A stretch of DNA of 64,000 nucleotides from positions 94,958 to 158,957 of the forward strand of contig MU053385.1 of NCBI GenBank assembly GCA_013239625.1, given 5' to 3'. Position 1 is the stretch's first letter, and every line of letters starts with the position of its first letter. A program made the translations under genes and the position numbers. Positions 63,461-64,000 of this stretch are shown here, piece by piece. Under the pieces are notes generated by a model. It worked only from the letters and a program-made list of their open reading frames with translations, had not been told where the DNA came from and ran no database searches. Source of the DNA: Lama guanicoe. Lineage: Eukaryota.

Positions 63461-64000
63461 ACCCTTTAGCAGTTTAACGTATACCCGAGGAGATACTTTT
63501 GCTTGGGAAAAGTGATCCTGAGGCTGCAGAATCCCGCCGGCGTAATCTTGTCTCTGCAAAGTGTTCGCCCCACCGAGAAGCCCGAGGGAGGAGTGAGCGC
63601 AAAAAGGGCAGCCAGTGAGACGACAGGAAGCCTCAAAGAGCAGATGGAAGGACCCAGCGAGACCCCAGGGGTGCAGTTCTTCTCTCAAGCTCCGCGTGCT
63701 TCCTCCCAGTTGGTGGGCGAAGACCCACCTTTAGCGGGATCCCCATTCTAACGGGGAGACTTCCGTCCTCTAACAGAGGGGATGCCCGGGGGACCCCGGG
63801 ACCAGCCTCCTCCCTGCCCCAGCCCCTTTTCCTGGGAGGACTTTGCACAGAAGTCACCTCAGAAAGAGTTTTCCTGACCTCCCATCCAAAATTCACCCCT
63901 GCCCTCCGTGCGTTGCCTTGGAGAGTGCTTGTGCTGCGTGAGGTTATCTTCTGCTCCCCCAGCGCGTGGCGGGAACAGCTCACTGCGTGCCAGGAGCTCA

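Noticed and set aside
62675..63688. 337-aa - strand ORF
   Set aside because: Antisense across the PTDSS2 CpG island

Overview
GC-rich mammalian genomic DNA syntenic with human 11p15.5. The tRNA-derived SINEs and L1 3' ends suggest a camelid (inference). I rebuilt four complete, frame-intact genes exon by exon: RNH1 (+, 456 aa), PKP3 (+, 798 aa, plus an alternative PKP3b first exon), SIGIRR (-, 410 aa) and ANO9 (-, 748 aa). PTDSS2 appears in two pieces: exon 1 in its expected position and orientation at the right edge (+), and exons 8-12 on the opposite strand about 55 kb to the left, next to RNH1. The main anomaly is therefore an inverted block (intact RNH1 plus the PTDSS2 3' half) joined without an N gap to the PKP3 upstream region near 8.6-8.75 kb. 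It could be a segmental duplication creating an RNH1 paralogue, an inversion, or a misassembly. Other notable points: an 89-nt terminal ANO9 intron that controls a C-terminal PDZ-type motif; an old ERV1 provirus (Leu PBS, gag and env remnants) with nested insertions between ANO9 and PTDSS2; and GC-shifted old repeats. No rRNA, true tRNA or CRISPR features were seen. Comparisons to human and pig are from recall, not from a database search.
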